DNA of 64,000 nt from Streptomycetaceae bacterium (GCA_027490815.1 JAIXXJ010000018.1:2595-66594); one strand, 5' to 3'; shown: positions 8,074 to 18,160, numbered from the stretch's first letter. The notes: generated by a model from the sequence alone, not told the origin. Numbers and translations: made by a program.

Positions 8074-9125
8074 ATTCGTTTTGCGCCGGCAAATGGCTTG
8101 CGGCCAAAACTTCTAGGAAATTCAGTTACCTCAACACGCTTGCCGGGTCTTGGCGCATGAACCATCTTTCCACCACCCATATAAATAGCCACGTGGCTAA
8201 TTGGCTTACCAAAAAACACCAAATCGCCAGGCTTTACAGAGTTAAAGGAAATGTTCTTCCCGTATCGAATCTGTGCGCGAGATGAGTGTGGCAAAGAGAC
8301 GCCTGCATTTTGAAACGCCCTCATTGTTAAACCTGAACAGTCCCACTTAGTTGGCCCAGCTGCAGCCCAAACATAAATGTCACCGATCTGAGCCAGTGCA
8401 TATTTGAGAGCCTTTGATCCTCGTGTGTTATCACCAACAAAACTAGAGGCATATTTCTTTGAAGCATCAAAAATTCTTCCTTCGCGCTCACTTTCTTCTC
8501 TTGCAAGGCGCTCACGATCTTCCTTCTTTAATGTGTTCAAAAGTTTTTCAGCAGAGGCAAGTGATGACTTAGCTTTTGCAATCTCTTTATTCAAAATTGC
8601 TCGCTCGCGAATCAACAGCGTCGTCTTATCGGACACAACAGACTGTGATGCATCTACTCGCTGCTTACTAGTTGAGTACTGACGAAGTTGGCGCGCGTAG
8701 TTGGTTGATACAAAATTTAGTGTGGAGGCATCAGCTAGATACTGGGATGGATCGGCTGAGAAAACCAGACCCAATGATTGTCCAAGGCCGCCGGACATAT
8801 AGTTTTCGCGGGCAATCTTTTCAATGACAGAACTTGCTGCATCTAAATCTTTACGCAAGACCACTTCTCGGCCCTGGAGAATCTGCATCTCTTTTTCTAG
8901 TGCTCTAATGCGAATATTTGCCTCGTTCGCTGATTCATACTTTTCAGCAGCCAGTGTTCTAAGGCGGTCTACTTCTCGTTGAACACTTGCAACCGATGGC
9001 GCAGCAACAGAGACAGAAGGCACCAAAGAGATGGCGAGCGCCACTGCCATAACCTGGATGACCCAGATCCGCACACGCCTTGTGCCCAGGCGTTCAAGCA
9101 TGGCACTGGCTACTTTGATCAACAC
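8070..9125 (-). CDS. NlpC/P60 peptidoglycan endopeptidase with coiled-coil N-domain (RipA-like)
   Basis: Signal/TM segment and a long coiled-coil region. C-terminal WDCSGLT...GDLVFF...HVAIYMGGGKMVHAP is the NlpC/P60 Cys-His core. ATG at the MLERLG position is an alternative start. Confidence 0.85.
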   Translation of the reverse strand: MLIKVASAMLERLGTRRVRIWVIQVMAVALAISLVPSVSVAAPSVASVQREVDRLRTLAAEKYESANEANIRIRALEKEMQILQGREVVLRKDLDAASSVIEKIARENYMSGGLGQSLGLVFSADPSQYLADASTLNFVSTNYARQLRQYSTSKQRVDASQSVVSDKTTLLIRERAILNKEIAKAKSSLASAEKLLNTLKKEDRERLAREESEREGRIFDASKKYASSFVGDNTRGSKALKYALAQIGDIYVWAAAGPTKWDCSGLTMRAFQNAGVSLPHSSRAQIRYGKNISFNSVKPGDLVFFGKPISHVAIYMGGGKMVHAPRPGKRVEVTEFPRSFGRKPFAGAKRI

Positions 9126-9245
9126 GAAAACATTCTAACCAAGGCACTTGTGAACAGAGTCATCGAAGTTGCATTGATCCAGGCGTAGCAGGCAAGAAAC
9201 TTGTCACAAAAGTACTGTGTAAATACTGTGCCCAGCGTGGATGAA

Positions 9246-9269
9246 TTACGCAACATTCATGTTGCGTAA
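9246..9269. promoter_or_regulatory. Perfect 11-2-11 palindrome in a divergent promoter region (candidate operator or leader hairpin)
   Basis: TTACGCAACAT-TC-ATGTTGCGTAA, read directly. It lies 67 bp upstream of the Fe-type SBP start and within the long 5' region of the NlpC/P60 gene. Confidence 0.4.
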
Positions 9270-9335
9270 ATACCCCCTTGGCCAGTAGAGTCAGCAAAGA
9301 TACGCCCCTCCAGGGCCCCTATGCCCCAATAGAAA

Positions 9336-10367
9336 GTGGACTCTGTGTTCAATGCGAAGAAGTTAGCCTCCATATCTGCCGCAGCCATGATGCTTGGCCT
9401 TGTTGCTGGCTGTTCCTCTTCTACTAATGAGCAGGCAGTAGATGTCACAGAGTTAACTATTTACTCGGGTAGATCCGAAGAGTTCATTGCGCCTTTTTTT
9501 GCTGACTGGGAAGCATCTGCTGGAATCAAGCTCAACGTTCGCTATGGGGATTCGGCCGAACTTTCTGCACAGATTCTTGAAGAAGGTAGTAACTCCCCAG
9601 CAGATCTATTTCTCTCACAAGATGCTGGATCACTCGGTGCTATTTCACAAGCTGGCTTGTTTACTCCATTGCCAAGTGATGTTGCAGCAGAAATCCCTGC
9701 AGCATATGTAGCAGCAAATCGTGAGTGGGTTGGTATTACAGGTCGCGCTCGCGTATTTGCATACGCCCCTGATCGAGTAAAAGGATTGCCGGTTTCAATT
9801 ACAGAGTTAACCAAGCCAATCTATAAAAATCAGATTGGAATCGCTCCCACTAATGCCTCTTTTCAAGCATTCCTCACTGCGCTAATTGAGAACAAGGGAA
9901 CAGCTTTTGCTAAAACTTGGCTTGAAGGCCTAAAGACAAATGGAGTCAAAATCTATCTAAAGAACTCTGCCATCGTTGAAGCAATTGATAAGGGTGAAAT
10001 CTCAATTGGACTTGTTAATCACTACTACATCTGGGAAGTCTCAGAAGCCCTGGGCCGTGAAATTAATGTGAAGAATGGATTCTTTGCCCCCGGAGATCTT
10101 GGTAATTTAATCAACGTCTCAGGTGCGGGGATCTTGCAAACAAGTGCGAAGCAAAAAGCAGCAGAAGATTTAATCAACTACTTAACCTCTGCCGCAGCTC
10201 AGCAAAAGTTTGTCAGCGATACTCATGAATACTCACTTCTAGATGGTGCTATGCCGCCTGCCCAGCTGCCTGCGCTCGATAAAATTGGCGCTCCATCAAT
10301 TGACCTAAAAACTCTGAGCAACATTAAAGCCACACAAGATCTTCTGATTCAAGTGGGTCTGTTGTAG
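9336..10367 (+). CDS. Fe(III)-type ABC transporter substrate-binding lipoprotein (FbpA/AfuA-like)
   Basis: Lipobox LVAGCSSS. SBP architecture, followed directly by a double-length FbpB-type permease and an FbpC-type ATPase. Confidence 0.8.
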   Translation: MDSVFNAKKLASISAAAMMLGLVAGCSSSTNEQAVDVTELTIYSGRSEEFIAPFFADWEASAGIKLNVRYGDSAELSAQILEEGSNSPADLFLSQDAGSLGAISQAGLFTPLPSDVAAEIPAAYVAANREWVGITGRARVFAYAPDRVKGLPVSITELTKPIYKNQIGIAPTNASFQAFLTALIENKGTAFAKTWLEGLKTNGVKIYLKNSAIVEAIDKGEISIGLVNHYYIWEVSEALGREINVKNGFFAPGDLGNLINVSGAGILQTSAKQKAAEDLINYLTSAAAQQKFVSDTHEYSLLDGAMPPAQLPALDKIGAPSIDLKTLSNIKATQDLLIQVGLL

Positions 10368-10371
10368 AAAA

Positions 10372-11970
10372 ATGTTGACAACCCTCCCCCCTGCATTTCA
10401 GGAACAACCTTCTACTGGCGCGCAAAAGCGCAGCAGGTGGCGAATTGCACTGCTTACGGCGGTAGGGGCGGTTGCTGCAATTTCGATGATTCCATTTGTC
10501 TATCTTTTGGTACGGGCAAGTGACAAGCCTATAGATGAGATAGTGCAGCTTTTATTTCGCCAAAAAACCTTAGAAGTTCTTGCAACCACTTCCCTACTTG
10601 TCATTTGCGTGGTGGCAATCAACCTTGTTTTAGGTGTTGCAATTGCAAGTGGCCTTCACTTTGTTCAACTGCCATTTCGCAGGCTTTTAGTTATTCCAGC
10701 CGTACTTCCTCTTGCCATTCCTTCCTACGTATTTACCTACACATGGGTGGCACTCATACCCTCTTTTTCTGGCTTTGCGGCTGCAGTCTTCATTCTTTCC
10801 ATTTCGACAATTCCCTACATTATTTTGGCAACACTTGCTGGGCTACGAAGTATCGATGGATCCCAGATAGAAGTTGCTAGGTCACTTGGACTAAATCCTA
10901 GGCAGACATTTTCTAGAGTTGTCTTTCCTCAAATTCGTGGCCACGTAAGTGCTGGGGCGCTTTTAGCCGGTCTCTACACAATGAGTGATTTTGGAGCTGT
11001 TTCACTTCTAAACGTTGAGACTCTAACAGTTTCAATTCAAAACATGTATCGCGCCTCTTATGATCGAAGCGCTGCAGCTGTTATCTCCTTTGTATTGATT
11101 GCATTTTCGATTCTCTTTGTTTTAGCCGATGAGTCAATTAAAGGTAAATCAACTCAGACGCAACTACTCAAATCTCTTTCAGTTAAAACAACACCGATAC
11201 AAAAGGGTTATCTGCGTTTTGCAACTGTTTTAACCATCACAGCCTTTGCAACAGTTGCCGTAATACTTCCCTTTTATGTTCTGCTCACCCGCTTTTTCTC
11301 TAACCCAGTTGCTATTGATTGGCCATCACTTGCCAGTGCCACTATCTCTACTATCTCTGTTGCAGCATTTGGCGCGCTCATCGCACTTGTTCTTTCTGCG
11401 CCCTTGGGTCTTTTACTCTCTGGCGGAGCATCACGCTTTGCCGCCTTTACAAACAAGATAGTTCTCATCGCACACGCTCTCCCTGGAGTAGTTGTCGGTC
11501 TTGCACTTGTATCGATCGGTTCAAAACTTGGACCGCTGTATCAGACAACATTTTTACTGGCATTTGCCTATGCAATTTTGTTTTTGGCCAAATCAGTTAC
11601 AAGCATGAGCTCTTCTCTTGCCCGTGTGCCAAATAGCGTAAAAGATGTTGCAGCAACACTTGGTATGAATCAATGGGCAGTTGTTAAAAAAGTGATCGCA
11701 CCCATTGCAGCCCCTGGTATTGGCATTGGAACTATCTTGGTATTTCTAACTGCAATGAAGGAACTTCCTGCAACTTTGATGCTTCGACCAACCGGCTTTG
11801 AGACTTTAGCAACACAAATCTGGTCATTTGGTTCGATCAATCGATTTAACGAGGCCGCACCTTATGCATTAATCTTGGTTCTTGTAGCAGCGATTCCAAC
11901 GTTTTTAATAAGCAGACCAGATAAAGAAGATCATTCTTATCTCCAAGAGAGCGCAGGTGGACAAAAGTGA
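10372..11970 (+). CDS. Fe(III)-type ABC transporter permease (fused double permease, FbpB-like)
   Basis: 532 aa, about 12 hydrophobic segments and two MetI-like halves. Operon context. Confidence 0.85.
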   Translation: MLTTLPPAFQEQPSTGAQKRSRWRIALLTAVGAVAAISMIPFVYLLVRASDKPIDEIVQLLFRQKTLEVLATTSLLVICVVAINLVLGVAIASGLHFVQLPFRRLLVIPAVLPLAIPSYVFTYTWVALIPSFSGFAAAVFILSISTIPYIILATLAGLRSIDGSQIEVARSLGLNPRQTFSRVVFPQIRGHVSAGALLAGLYTMSDFGAVSLLNVETLTVSIQNMYRASYDRSAAAVISFVLIAFSILFVLADESIKGKSTQTQLLKSLSVKTTPIQKGYLRFATVLTITAFATVAVILPFYVLLTRFFSNPVAIDWPSLASATISTISVAAFGALIALVLSAPLGLLLSGGASRFAAFTNKIVLIAHALPGVVVGLALVSIGSKLGPLYQTTFLLAFAYAILFLAKSVTSMSSSLARVPNSVKDVAATLGMNQWAVVKKVIAPIAAPGIGIGTILVFLTAMKELPATLMLRPTGFETLATQIWSFGSINRFNEAAPYALILVLVAAIPTFLISRPDKEDHSYLQESAGGQK

Positions 11971-13007
11971 ACGCACTTGAAGTCTCCCATCTAAAAGTTT
12001 TACTTGGTGGCAAAGTAGTTTTAGATGACCTTTCCCTCTCACTTGCACCTGGCCAGATAGCAGCTTTGCTTGGCCCGTCTGGCTGTGGCAAGACAACGCT
12101 GCTTCGCTCTATCGCAGGCTTGATTCGCCCCAGTGAAGGCCAGATCCGCTTTGGCAAACAACTTGTCTCATTTTCATCTGTTCATTTACCACCACATAAG
12201 CGCAAGATTGGTTATGTTCCACAAGAGGGTGCTCTATTTCCGCATCTAAATATTGCCGATAACATCTCATTTGGAATCGATACTGCAGTCTTTACCAAAG
12301 ATCAGATCCGCCAAACAACTAAAGAGATGTTGGCATTAACTGGCATGGAAGGCTTTGGAAAGCGAATGCCACATCAGCTCTCTGGTGGTCAGCAAACACG
12401 CGTTGCTCTAGCCCGAGCCCTAGCCATTAAGCCATCAATTGTTTTGCTCGATGAACCATTTTCGGCGTTAGATGCTGAACTGAGAACAGAGCTTCGAACA
12501 GATGTCATCAGTTTGCTTCGCTCACAGAACACAACTGCGATTTTGGTAACCCACGATCGCGAAGAAGGTCTTGTTTCAGCCGATGTCATTGCTCTGATGC
12601 GTGGTGGCAAGATTGTTCAATCAGGCTCTCCTGAAGATGTGTACTCATCACCAATTTCCCCAACGATTGCAATTAGCACAGGCGATGCGTTAGTTCTGCA
12701 AGCTTCCAAACTCTCTGATGGCTCAACCGACTACATTCTTAACCCAGTTAAATCTTCGGCGCAGTCGATTACATCAGGCCACATTGTTATTCGTCCCGAG
12801 GAGATCAAGCTCAACAAATCCGTAACTTCTGGATCTATCAGCGGGCTCATTACCAAAATTGATTACTACGGCCATGATGCAATGGTTGCAATTGATGTTG
12901 CAGATCAACACCTACAGGTGCGAATCCCTGGGCCTTTTGATTTTAATGTTGGTCAAAGCGTTGCACTTGAGCACGTAGGTCCAGTTCGCTTCTTTGCAAA
13001 CAATTAG
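11967..13007 (+). CDS. ABC transporter ATP-binding protein (FbpC/PotA-like with C-terminal TOBE-like domain)
   Basis: Walker A GPSGCGKTT, signature LSGGQQTRVALARAL, Walker B VLLDEP. 4-nt overlap with the permease gene. Confidence 0.9.
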   Translation: MNALEVSHLKVLLGGKVVLDDLSLSLAPGQIAALLGPSGCGKTTLLRSIAGLIRPSEGQIRFGKQLVSFSSVHLPPHKRKIGYVPQEGALFPHLNIADNISFGIDTAVFTKDQIRQTTKEMLALTGMEGFGKRMPHQLSGGQQTRVALARALAIKPSIVLLDEPFSALDAELRTELRTDVISLLRSQNTTAILVTHDREEGLVSADVIALMRGGKIVQSGSPEDVYSSPISPTIAISTGDALVLQASKLSDGSTDYILNPVKSSAQSITSGHIVIRPEEIKLNKSVTSGSISGLITKIDYYGHDAMVAIDVADQHLQVRIPGPFDFNVGQSVALEHVGPVRFFANN

Positions 13008-13747
13008 TGGATTGTTACGCCACCGTCGATAAAGATTGTTTGGCCTGTAACCATGGCAGATTCTGGTCCCAATAAAAATAGAACAGATTGTGCAACATCT
13101 AGCTGCTCTGCCATGCGGCCTAATGGAATAGTAGACATTTTATCTTCCATAAAAACAGGATCAACCAATAACGGCGCAGTCATGTTACTTGGCACAATCG
13201 TTGGTCCAACTGCGTTTACGCGGATTCCATCTGTTGCCCATTCAAAGGCAAGAGACTTTGCCATAAACATCACGGCAGCTTTGCTTGCTGAATAACTAAC
13301 GGTATTGAGAACAGCCGAATGCCCACTTGTGGAACCAATATTAACAATCGTTCCCTTTACTTTTTTAAGCTCAGGATAAACAGCTTGGCTCATAAAAAAA
13401 GTTCCGTTTAAGTTGATATCGATAACATCAGTAAAGTCTTTTTCTGACATCTCACTGGCCTTTGCGCGGCGCACAATTCCTGCATTGTTTACTAGGTGAT
13501 CTAGGCGACCGTGCTTTGCTACAACTTCTTTTACTAAATCAACACACGATTGCTTTGATCGAACATCTAAGTAATGACGAGTGTGAGGGGCAGTTAGTTC
13601 ACTGGTCCACTCTGCATCCGGCAAAATATCTGCAGATGCGACAATGGCGCCGCGATTTGCCAACTGCTGGGCGATGGTTGCACCGATACCGCGACCGCCG
13701 CCGGTAACAATTGCAACCTTGCCAGCAAAATCATTAGTTGATGACAT
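13004..13747 (-). CDS. Short-chain dehydrogenase/reductase (SDR)
   Basis: TGGGRGIG cofactor motif, NNAG, and catalytic YSASKAA (YxxxK). Confidence 0.9.
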   Translation of the reverse strand: MSSTNDFAGKVAIVTGGGRGIGATIAQQLANRGAIVASADILPDAEWTSELTAPHTRHYLDVRSKQSCVDLVKEVVAKHGRLDHLVNNAGIVRRAKASEMSEKDFTDVIDINLNGTFFMSQAVYPELKKVKGTIVNIGSTSGHSAVLNTVSYSASKAAVMFMAKSLAFEWATDGIRVNAVGPTIVPSNMTAPLLVDPVFMEDKMSTIPLGRMAEQLDVAQSVLFLLGPESAMVTGQTIFIDGGVTIH

Positions 13748-13752
13748 GTGAA

Positions 13753-14556
13753 TTAATTACCAATGATGTTGCTGCTATCTCCCCAGAAAGCAAACTTTCG
13801 TTGGAACGCCTTGACAATGATGTGAGCAATAATTCCCATGGCAGAAAGCACTAACAAAATCGCAAACATAGTAGGTGTTTCAAAGTTGAACTGAGCATTT
13901 AAAACCATGTTGCCAAGGCCTGCTTGAGATCCTAAGAACTCACCGACGACTGCGCCAAGAATTGCAAGCAGGATTCCAACATCAAGGCCTGCAAAGAAGA
14001 ATGGAAGAGCGCAAGGCACTTGAACTTTAAAGAAAATCTGTGCTCTTGATGCTCCGAAAACACGCAACATTCTTATTTGATCATTGTCGGCAGACTTTAG
14101 ACCTTCAATAATATTAATCAAGATCGGAAAAAATGCAATCGTTGCAGCTAGAACAACTTTACTTGTTTGACCAAGCCCAAACCAGATAAGAAAGATTGGA
14201 GCAAGTGCGACCTTAGGAATTGCCTGAAAACCAACAAGGTATGGCATGAAGGTTTTATCAACGATTCTGATTTGAGAAATAAATGTTCCTGCAATTATTG
14301 CAAAGAGTGTTGCGAACAAGAATCCAAGTAACGCTTCTTGCGAGGTAACCCAAAGATTTGACCAAAAAAGCTCTGTCTTTAACTGAACCAATAGTGCATC
14401 ACCAATTCTTGACGGTGTTGGCAAAATGATCTCTTCAACTTCAAGTAGGTTTACAAGGTTTTCCCACAAGGCAATAAAGATTACGAAAACAACAGGGGTC
14501 AAGATGAGCTCGGGGCGGTTGCGAAGGCTTTTCATTCTTATATCCCCTTTATTCAA
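13753..14556 (-). CDS. ABC transporter permease, NitT/TauT (SsuC/TauC-like) family
   Basis: 267 aa with six hydrophobic segments. Overlaps the upstream ATPase gene by 8 nt. Confidence 0.85.
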   Translation of the reverse strand: MNKGDIRMKSLRNRPELILTPVVFVIFIALWENLVNLLEVEEIILPTPSRIGDALLVQLKTELFWSNLWVTSQEALLGFLFATLFAIIAGTFISQIRIVDKTFMPYLVGFQAIPKVALAPIFLIWFGLGQTSKVVLAATIAFFPILINIIEGLKSADNDQIRMLRVFGASRAQIFFKVQVPCALPFFFAGLDVGILLAILGAVVGEFLGSQAGLGNMVLNAQFNFETPTMFAILLVLSAMGIIAHIIVKAFQRKFAFWGDSSNIIGN

Positions 14557-15361
14557 TCACGTTTGCAGCGTTAAAGTAGTGGCGAATCTTCTTAACAAAG
14601 ACTCCTGCAGCATCACTATTCATCATCTCTAGTGTGCGTGGTCGTGGAAGATCAATTGTGATGATCTCAGCAATTCGACCTGGGCGCGGGCTCATAACAA
14701 TCACGCGGTCTGATAAAAAGACTGCCTCTGTAATTGAGTGTGTTACTAGAGCAATTGTCTGATTACTTTCTTTCCAAATTCTAAGTAGTTCTAGGTTCAT
14801 ATACTCACGAGTCATCGCATCGAGTGCGCCAAATGGCTCGTCCATCAACAACACAGAAGGTGAGTGAACGAGTGCCCGGCAGATGCCTGCGCGCTGCTGC
14901 ATTCCACCGCTGAGTTCGTTGGGATATTTATCTTCAAATCCATCTAAGCCAGCAAGAGTTAGAAGTTCTTTAGCTTTTTCTAAATGCTTTTTCTTATCAA
15001 GCTTTTGTACTTCAACTGGGACCATCACATTTTCTAAAATTGTGCGCCAAGGAAGCAACGTTGGTGCTTGAAATACCATGCCAATTTCTGGCAAAGGTTT
15101 TGAAACTTCATGTCCTGACACAGAGGCGCTGCCTTCAGTCTTGGAAATCAATCCTGCAAGAATATTGAGAAGTGTTGTTTTGCCACACCCAGATGGTCCA
15201 ACAATAGAAATGAATTCACCTTTTTTTGCAGTGAAATTAATGTCAGAGAGTGCATGTGTTGTGCCGCCACCTCTGGTGTTATAAATCTTGTGCAGGCCCG
15301 ACACGTTAATCCAGGACGCCTCATTTGAGGCGTCCTGGATCTTCGAGTTGTTATTTGTCAT
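14549..15361 (-). CDS. ABC transporter ATP-binding protein, NitT/TauT (SsuB/TauB-like) family
   Basis: Walker A GPSGCGKTT, signature LSGGMQQRAGICRAL, Walker B LLMDEP. Confidence 0.9.
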   Translation of the reverse strand: MTNNNSKIQDASNEASWINVSGLHKIYNTRGGGTTHALSDINFTAKKGEFISIVGPSGCGKTTLLNILAGLISKTEGSASVSGHEVSKPLPEIGMVFQAPTLLPWRTILENVMVPVEVQKLDKKKHLEKAKELLTLAGLDGFEDKYPNELSGGMQQRAGICRALVHSPSVLLMDEPFGALDAMTREYMNLELLRIWKESNQTIALVTHSITEAVFLSDRVIVMSPRPGRIAEIITIDLPRPRTLEMMNSDAAGVFVKKIRHYFNAANVIE

Positions 15362-15394
15362 AACGTTATTCTATACAGATTTCCTTTTACTTTA

Positions 15395-16609
15395 TTACTT
15401 AGGTTGCTTATTTGCCGCGGCAACAATTGCTTTGCGATCAAATGAGTTTGCACGAGTAATAAGTGTTGCATCAAGGAAGTCTGCTAGGTCAACACCAGTA
15501 ACAATTGTTCCTGCTGCCTTGGTGTAATCCTGTGACTTCTTCCAGTCGCTTGCAGGAATATCACCTAGTCGGTTCCAACTTACAGGCTTACCTGAAGTAG
15601 GTGTAGCTGTCTCTAGCCATGCCTTCAACTGTGCCATTCCAAGTGGAAGTGACTCTGTAGCAGTCTTTCCTGCTGCAATAGAAGTTGGGAACTCAGCAAA
15701 GCCAACGTTTGTTGCTTCCTTAACGTTGGTTGTTGAGTAGATAAGTCCTTTGTTTGCTGCACGTAGGTAGCGCTCGAATACTTCTTCGTTAGCTGCAAAC
15801 TTGTCTGCGTTTACAACCCATGAAAGTGAGCGAACACCAGTAAGTGCTGCTGGATTTGGAAGGAATGTGAACTTAGAACCGTTGAAAATAGCTCCAGCGT
15901 ACGCAGACTTGAAGTAAGCAATTGCATCAACATCACCCTTGTCTAGCTGCAATGCTGCAACTGCAACAGCTGGTCCTGTTGGGATCAATGTGACATCTGA
16001 TTCCTTCAATCCGTTTCCTGCAAGGAATGCCTTTGTGTATGGGTAGCTTCCAGAACCAAATCCGATGATTCCGATCTTCTTACCCTTTAGATCTGCGGCA
16101 GTCTTGATTGCTCCGCCTGGCTTAACAGCGATGTTCCATGGGAAGTTCTGAACCAAACCACCGATGATTACGATGTTTGCACCCTTTTCAATTGCCTGCA
16201 TTGCAGAACCCAAATCTGCTCCACCGATATCAATACGGCCAGCACTTACTAGGTTAACAAGGTCAATTGATCCAGCTGTTGTCTTTGCTTCAACAGTTAG
16301 GTTTTCTTGCTTGAAGTAGTTAAGCTTCTTTGGAACTGCATAAGTTGCAAACTCTTCCTTTGGCTGCCATGTTGCAGCTGCTGCTCCCCAAATAATTGAA
16401 GCAGGCTTGTATGCAGTCCACTTCTTGTTCTTGCAAGCAACAGTGTTGCCGTTTGCAATGTTACCAATTGCATCTTCTGTTGCACATGCTGCTCCTACCT
16501 TTACAACTGCTGCATTAGATGCAGGCATTGCAGCTAGTAGTGAACCAGCAACCAAAACTGCAAGTAATGCAGCTTGTGATTTTCTTGCCCGTGAGGACGT
16601 TGAATTCAT
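15395..16609 (-). CDS. ABC transporter substrate-binding protein, NMT1/THI5-SsuA-like, with N-terminal Cys module variant
   Basis: Signal peptide without a lipobox, then AACATEDAIGNIANGNTVACKNKKW (C-x16-C...KW). The remainder resembles SsuA/NMT1-type SBPs. Operon context. Confidence 0.75.
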   Translation of the reverse strand: MNSTSSRARKSQAALLAVLVAGSLLAAMPASNAAVVKVGAACATEDAIGNIANGNTVACKNKKWTAYKPASIIWGAAAATWQPKEEFATYAVPKKLNYFKQENLTVEAKTTAGSIDLVNLVSAGRIDIGGADLGSAMQAIEKGANIVIIGGLVQNFPWNIAVKPGGAIKTAADLKGKKIGIIGFGSGSYPYTKAFLAGNGLKESDVTLIPTGPAVAVAALQLDKGDVDAIAYFKSAYAGAIFNGSKFTFLPNPAALTGVRSLSWVVNADKFAANEEVFERYLRAANKGLIYSTTNVKEATNVGFAEFPTSIAAGKTATESLPLGMAQLKAWLETATPTSGKPVSWNRLGDIPASDWKKSQDYTKAAGTIVTGVDLADFLDATLITRANSFDRKAIVAAANKQPK

Positions 16610-16792
16610 TCTTACTCTCCCTTGGTGCTTGATAAGAAGCAGCGACCAACGATCACAGTCCGCTTGCTTTTGAGTGGAGTGAGCCTAAGGGCGGTGCCAA
16701 CAAACGGCAATACTTACCGTGCGGTAGAAGGTCTCGTTTTCATAACTTTCCCGGGGTGATTTGGACCAGTCCCTGTGAAAGTACTGAGCCCC

Positions 16793-18160
16793 CTAGCGTG
16801 AAACTAGTTGCGAAGCCACGGCCTTGGCCGCAAGGTATGAAAACCCAAAGGCAGGCAACAGGCCATTGCCGGCCAGGTAGCCATCTGATCCATGGCCTGA
16901 GATTCCAACTGCTGCCCCACCTGCTGCATACAAACCTTTAATCACAGAACCATCTTCGCGAAGTACCTGTGCGTCTGCATTTACTTGCACGCCACCTTGT
17001 GTGTGAAAAAGTGCAGGACGAACTTTGATTGCGCCAAATGGTCCCTGCAATCTTTTCTCAAAAGCTTTTCGTCCAAAGCGATCTTGGCCTTTACCGTCAT
17101 GGACAGCATGCGCATTTTCAACTTCGGCCGCTAATTTATCTGCAGGCACAGCAATCGCAGTTGCTAACTCTTCAATGCTATCTGCCCAAACAATTGCTCC
17201 ACTTGCAGCTGTGTATTCATACTCTTTAAACAGTAATGATCCTTCGTGGATTGCTTTATCAATAATGATCCAACCGGTATTTCCTTTTTGATCATTGAGA
17301 ATAGCTGCATACTCTGAGTAACCTGCAGATTCATCACCAAATCTTTCACCGCCAGTGTTGACGATAAAGCCACCCTGCATGATTGTTGTCCAACCCACCA
17401 AAGTCTTTGCATGGGATGAAATAGCAGCATGGCCTTGATAGGAATCTAAATATCCATAGCCGGCGCCGTGCTTCATACCAATTTGCAGCGCCTCGCCCTT
17501 TGAATATCTAGATCCGTGATAATAAATATAGGAAACCTCTTCATTGTGCTCTGCCAATAGTTTTTGGTTAGCGCCATAGCCATTTGTTGCCATCAGCACG
17601 TTGTCAGTTGCAATCTCTTCTTGGCTTCCATCGGCATTTTCTACAACAGCTGCAACAACCTGGCCATCTTTGATAACAACATCGACTAAACGTGTGCTTG
17701 CCTTAAAGTCAAAAAGTTTTTGATCTGATGCAACTTTCCAGATTGGACCCAACACTAACTGACCCATTCGCCCTGGAACAGATAGACAGCGATCTACAGA
17801 GTGACCTGGATAGTGAAAATCTGTCACTAACTCCCATGGGACACCTAGTGAATCGGCCATCCATTCAAACACTTCAACGCTGACATTGGTTAGCGCCTTT
17901 GTTGCCACAACATGGCCAGAGTTCTTCGTCTTTTTCATGATGTCTTGGGCAAAGATCTCTGGAGAATCAACGATTCCCTTTTCTTTTTGCCAACGTGATC
18001 CACTTGCAGGAAACATTCCAGAAGTCATGGAGGTATTACATGTGTTTATAAAATCTGGAGATGCATCAATGAGCAAAACTTTAACGCCAAGCTGTGCAGC
18101 CTTGATGGCACCTACTAATCCGCCACCGGCGCCTGCAACAACTAAGTCGTATCTCTCCAC
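16793..18160 (-). CDS. FAD-dependent oxidoreductase (fumarate reductase/KstD/TcuA-like flavoprotein, FAD_binding_2)
   Basis: N-terminal DLVVAGAGGGLVGA dinucleotide fold and C-terminal GLYAAGGAA block. 455 aa. Confidence 0.85.
   Translation of the reverse strand: MERYDLVVAGAGGGLVGAIKAAQLGVKVLLIDASPDFINTCNTSMTSGMFPASGSRWQKEKGIVDSPEIFAQDIMKKTKNSGHVVATKALTNVSVEVFEWMADSLGVPWELVTDFHYPGHSVDRCLSVPGRMGQLVLGPIWKVASDQKLFDFKASTRLVDVVIKDGQVVAAVVENADGSQEEIATDNVLMATNGYGANQKLLAEHNEEVSYIYYHGSRYSKGEALQIGMKHGAGYGYLDSYQGHAAISSHAKTLVGWTTIMQGGFIVNTGGERFGDESAGYSEYAAILNDQKGNTGWIIIDKAIHEGSLLFKEYEYTAASGAIVWADSIEELATAIAVPADKLAAEVENAHAVHDGKGQDRFGRKAFEKRLQGPFGAIKVRPALFHTQGGVQVNADAQVLREDGSVIKGLYAAGGAAVGISGHGSDGYLAGNGLLPAFGFSYLAAKAVASQLVSR

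Noticed and set aside
9246-9269. Assigning the 24-bp palindrome as an IdeR/DtxR iron box, because it precedes an iron-type importer.
   Set aside because: Apart from the TTA...TAA ends, the sequence does not match the 19-bp IdeR consensus as I recall it, and the arm spacing differs. It is kept only as an unassigned palindrome.
9126-9335. Long G-rich 5' region of the NlpC/P60 gene, considered as a cyclic-di-AMP (ydaO-type) riboswitch because that class often precedes actinobacterial cell-wall hydrolase genes.
   Set aside because: Reading the minus strand, I could not find the conserved blocks I remember for the class (ACCCA-type, GGGGUGAAUC-type, CAGCUAACCUCGUAAGC-type). An Infernal scan with RF00379 would settle it.
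16610-16792. 183-nt gap upstream of the NMT1/THI5-like SBP gene, considered as a TPP riboswitch (ThiY-type HMP transporters are TPP-regulated).
   Set aside because: There is no CUGAGA box and no ACCUGAUCUGGAUAAUGCCAGCG-like P4/P5 segment on the transcribed strand. Only a modest bulged hairpin near the SD is present.
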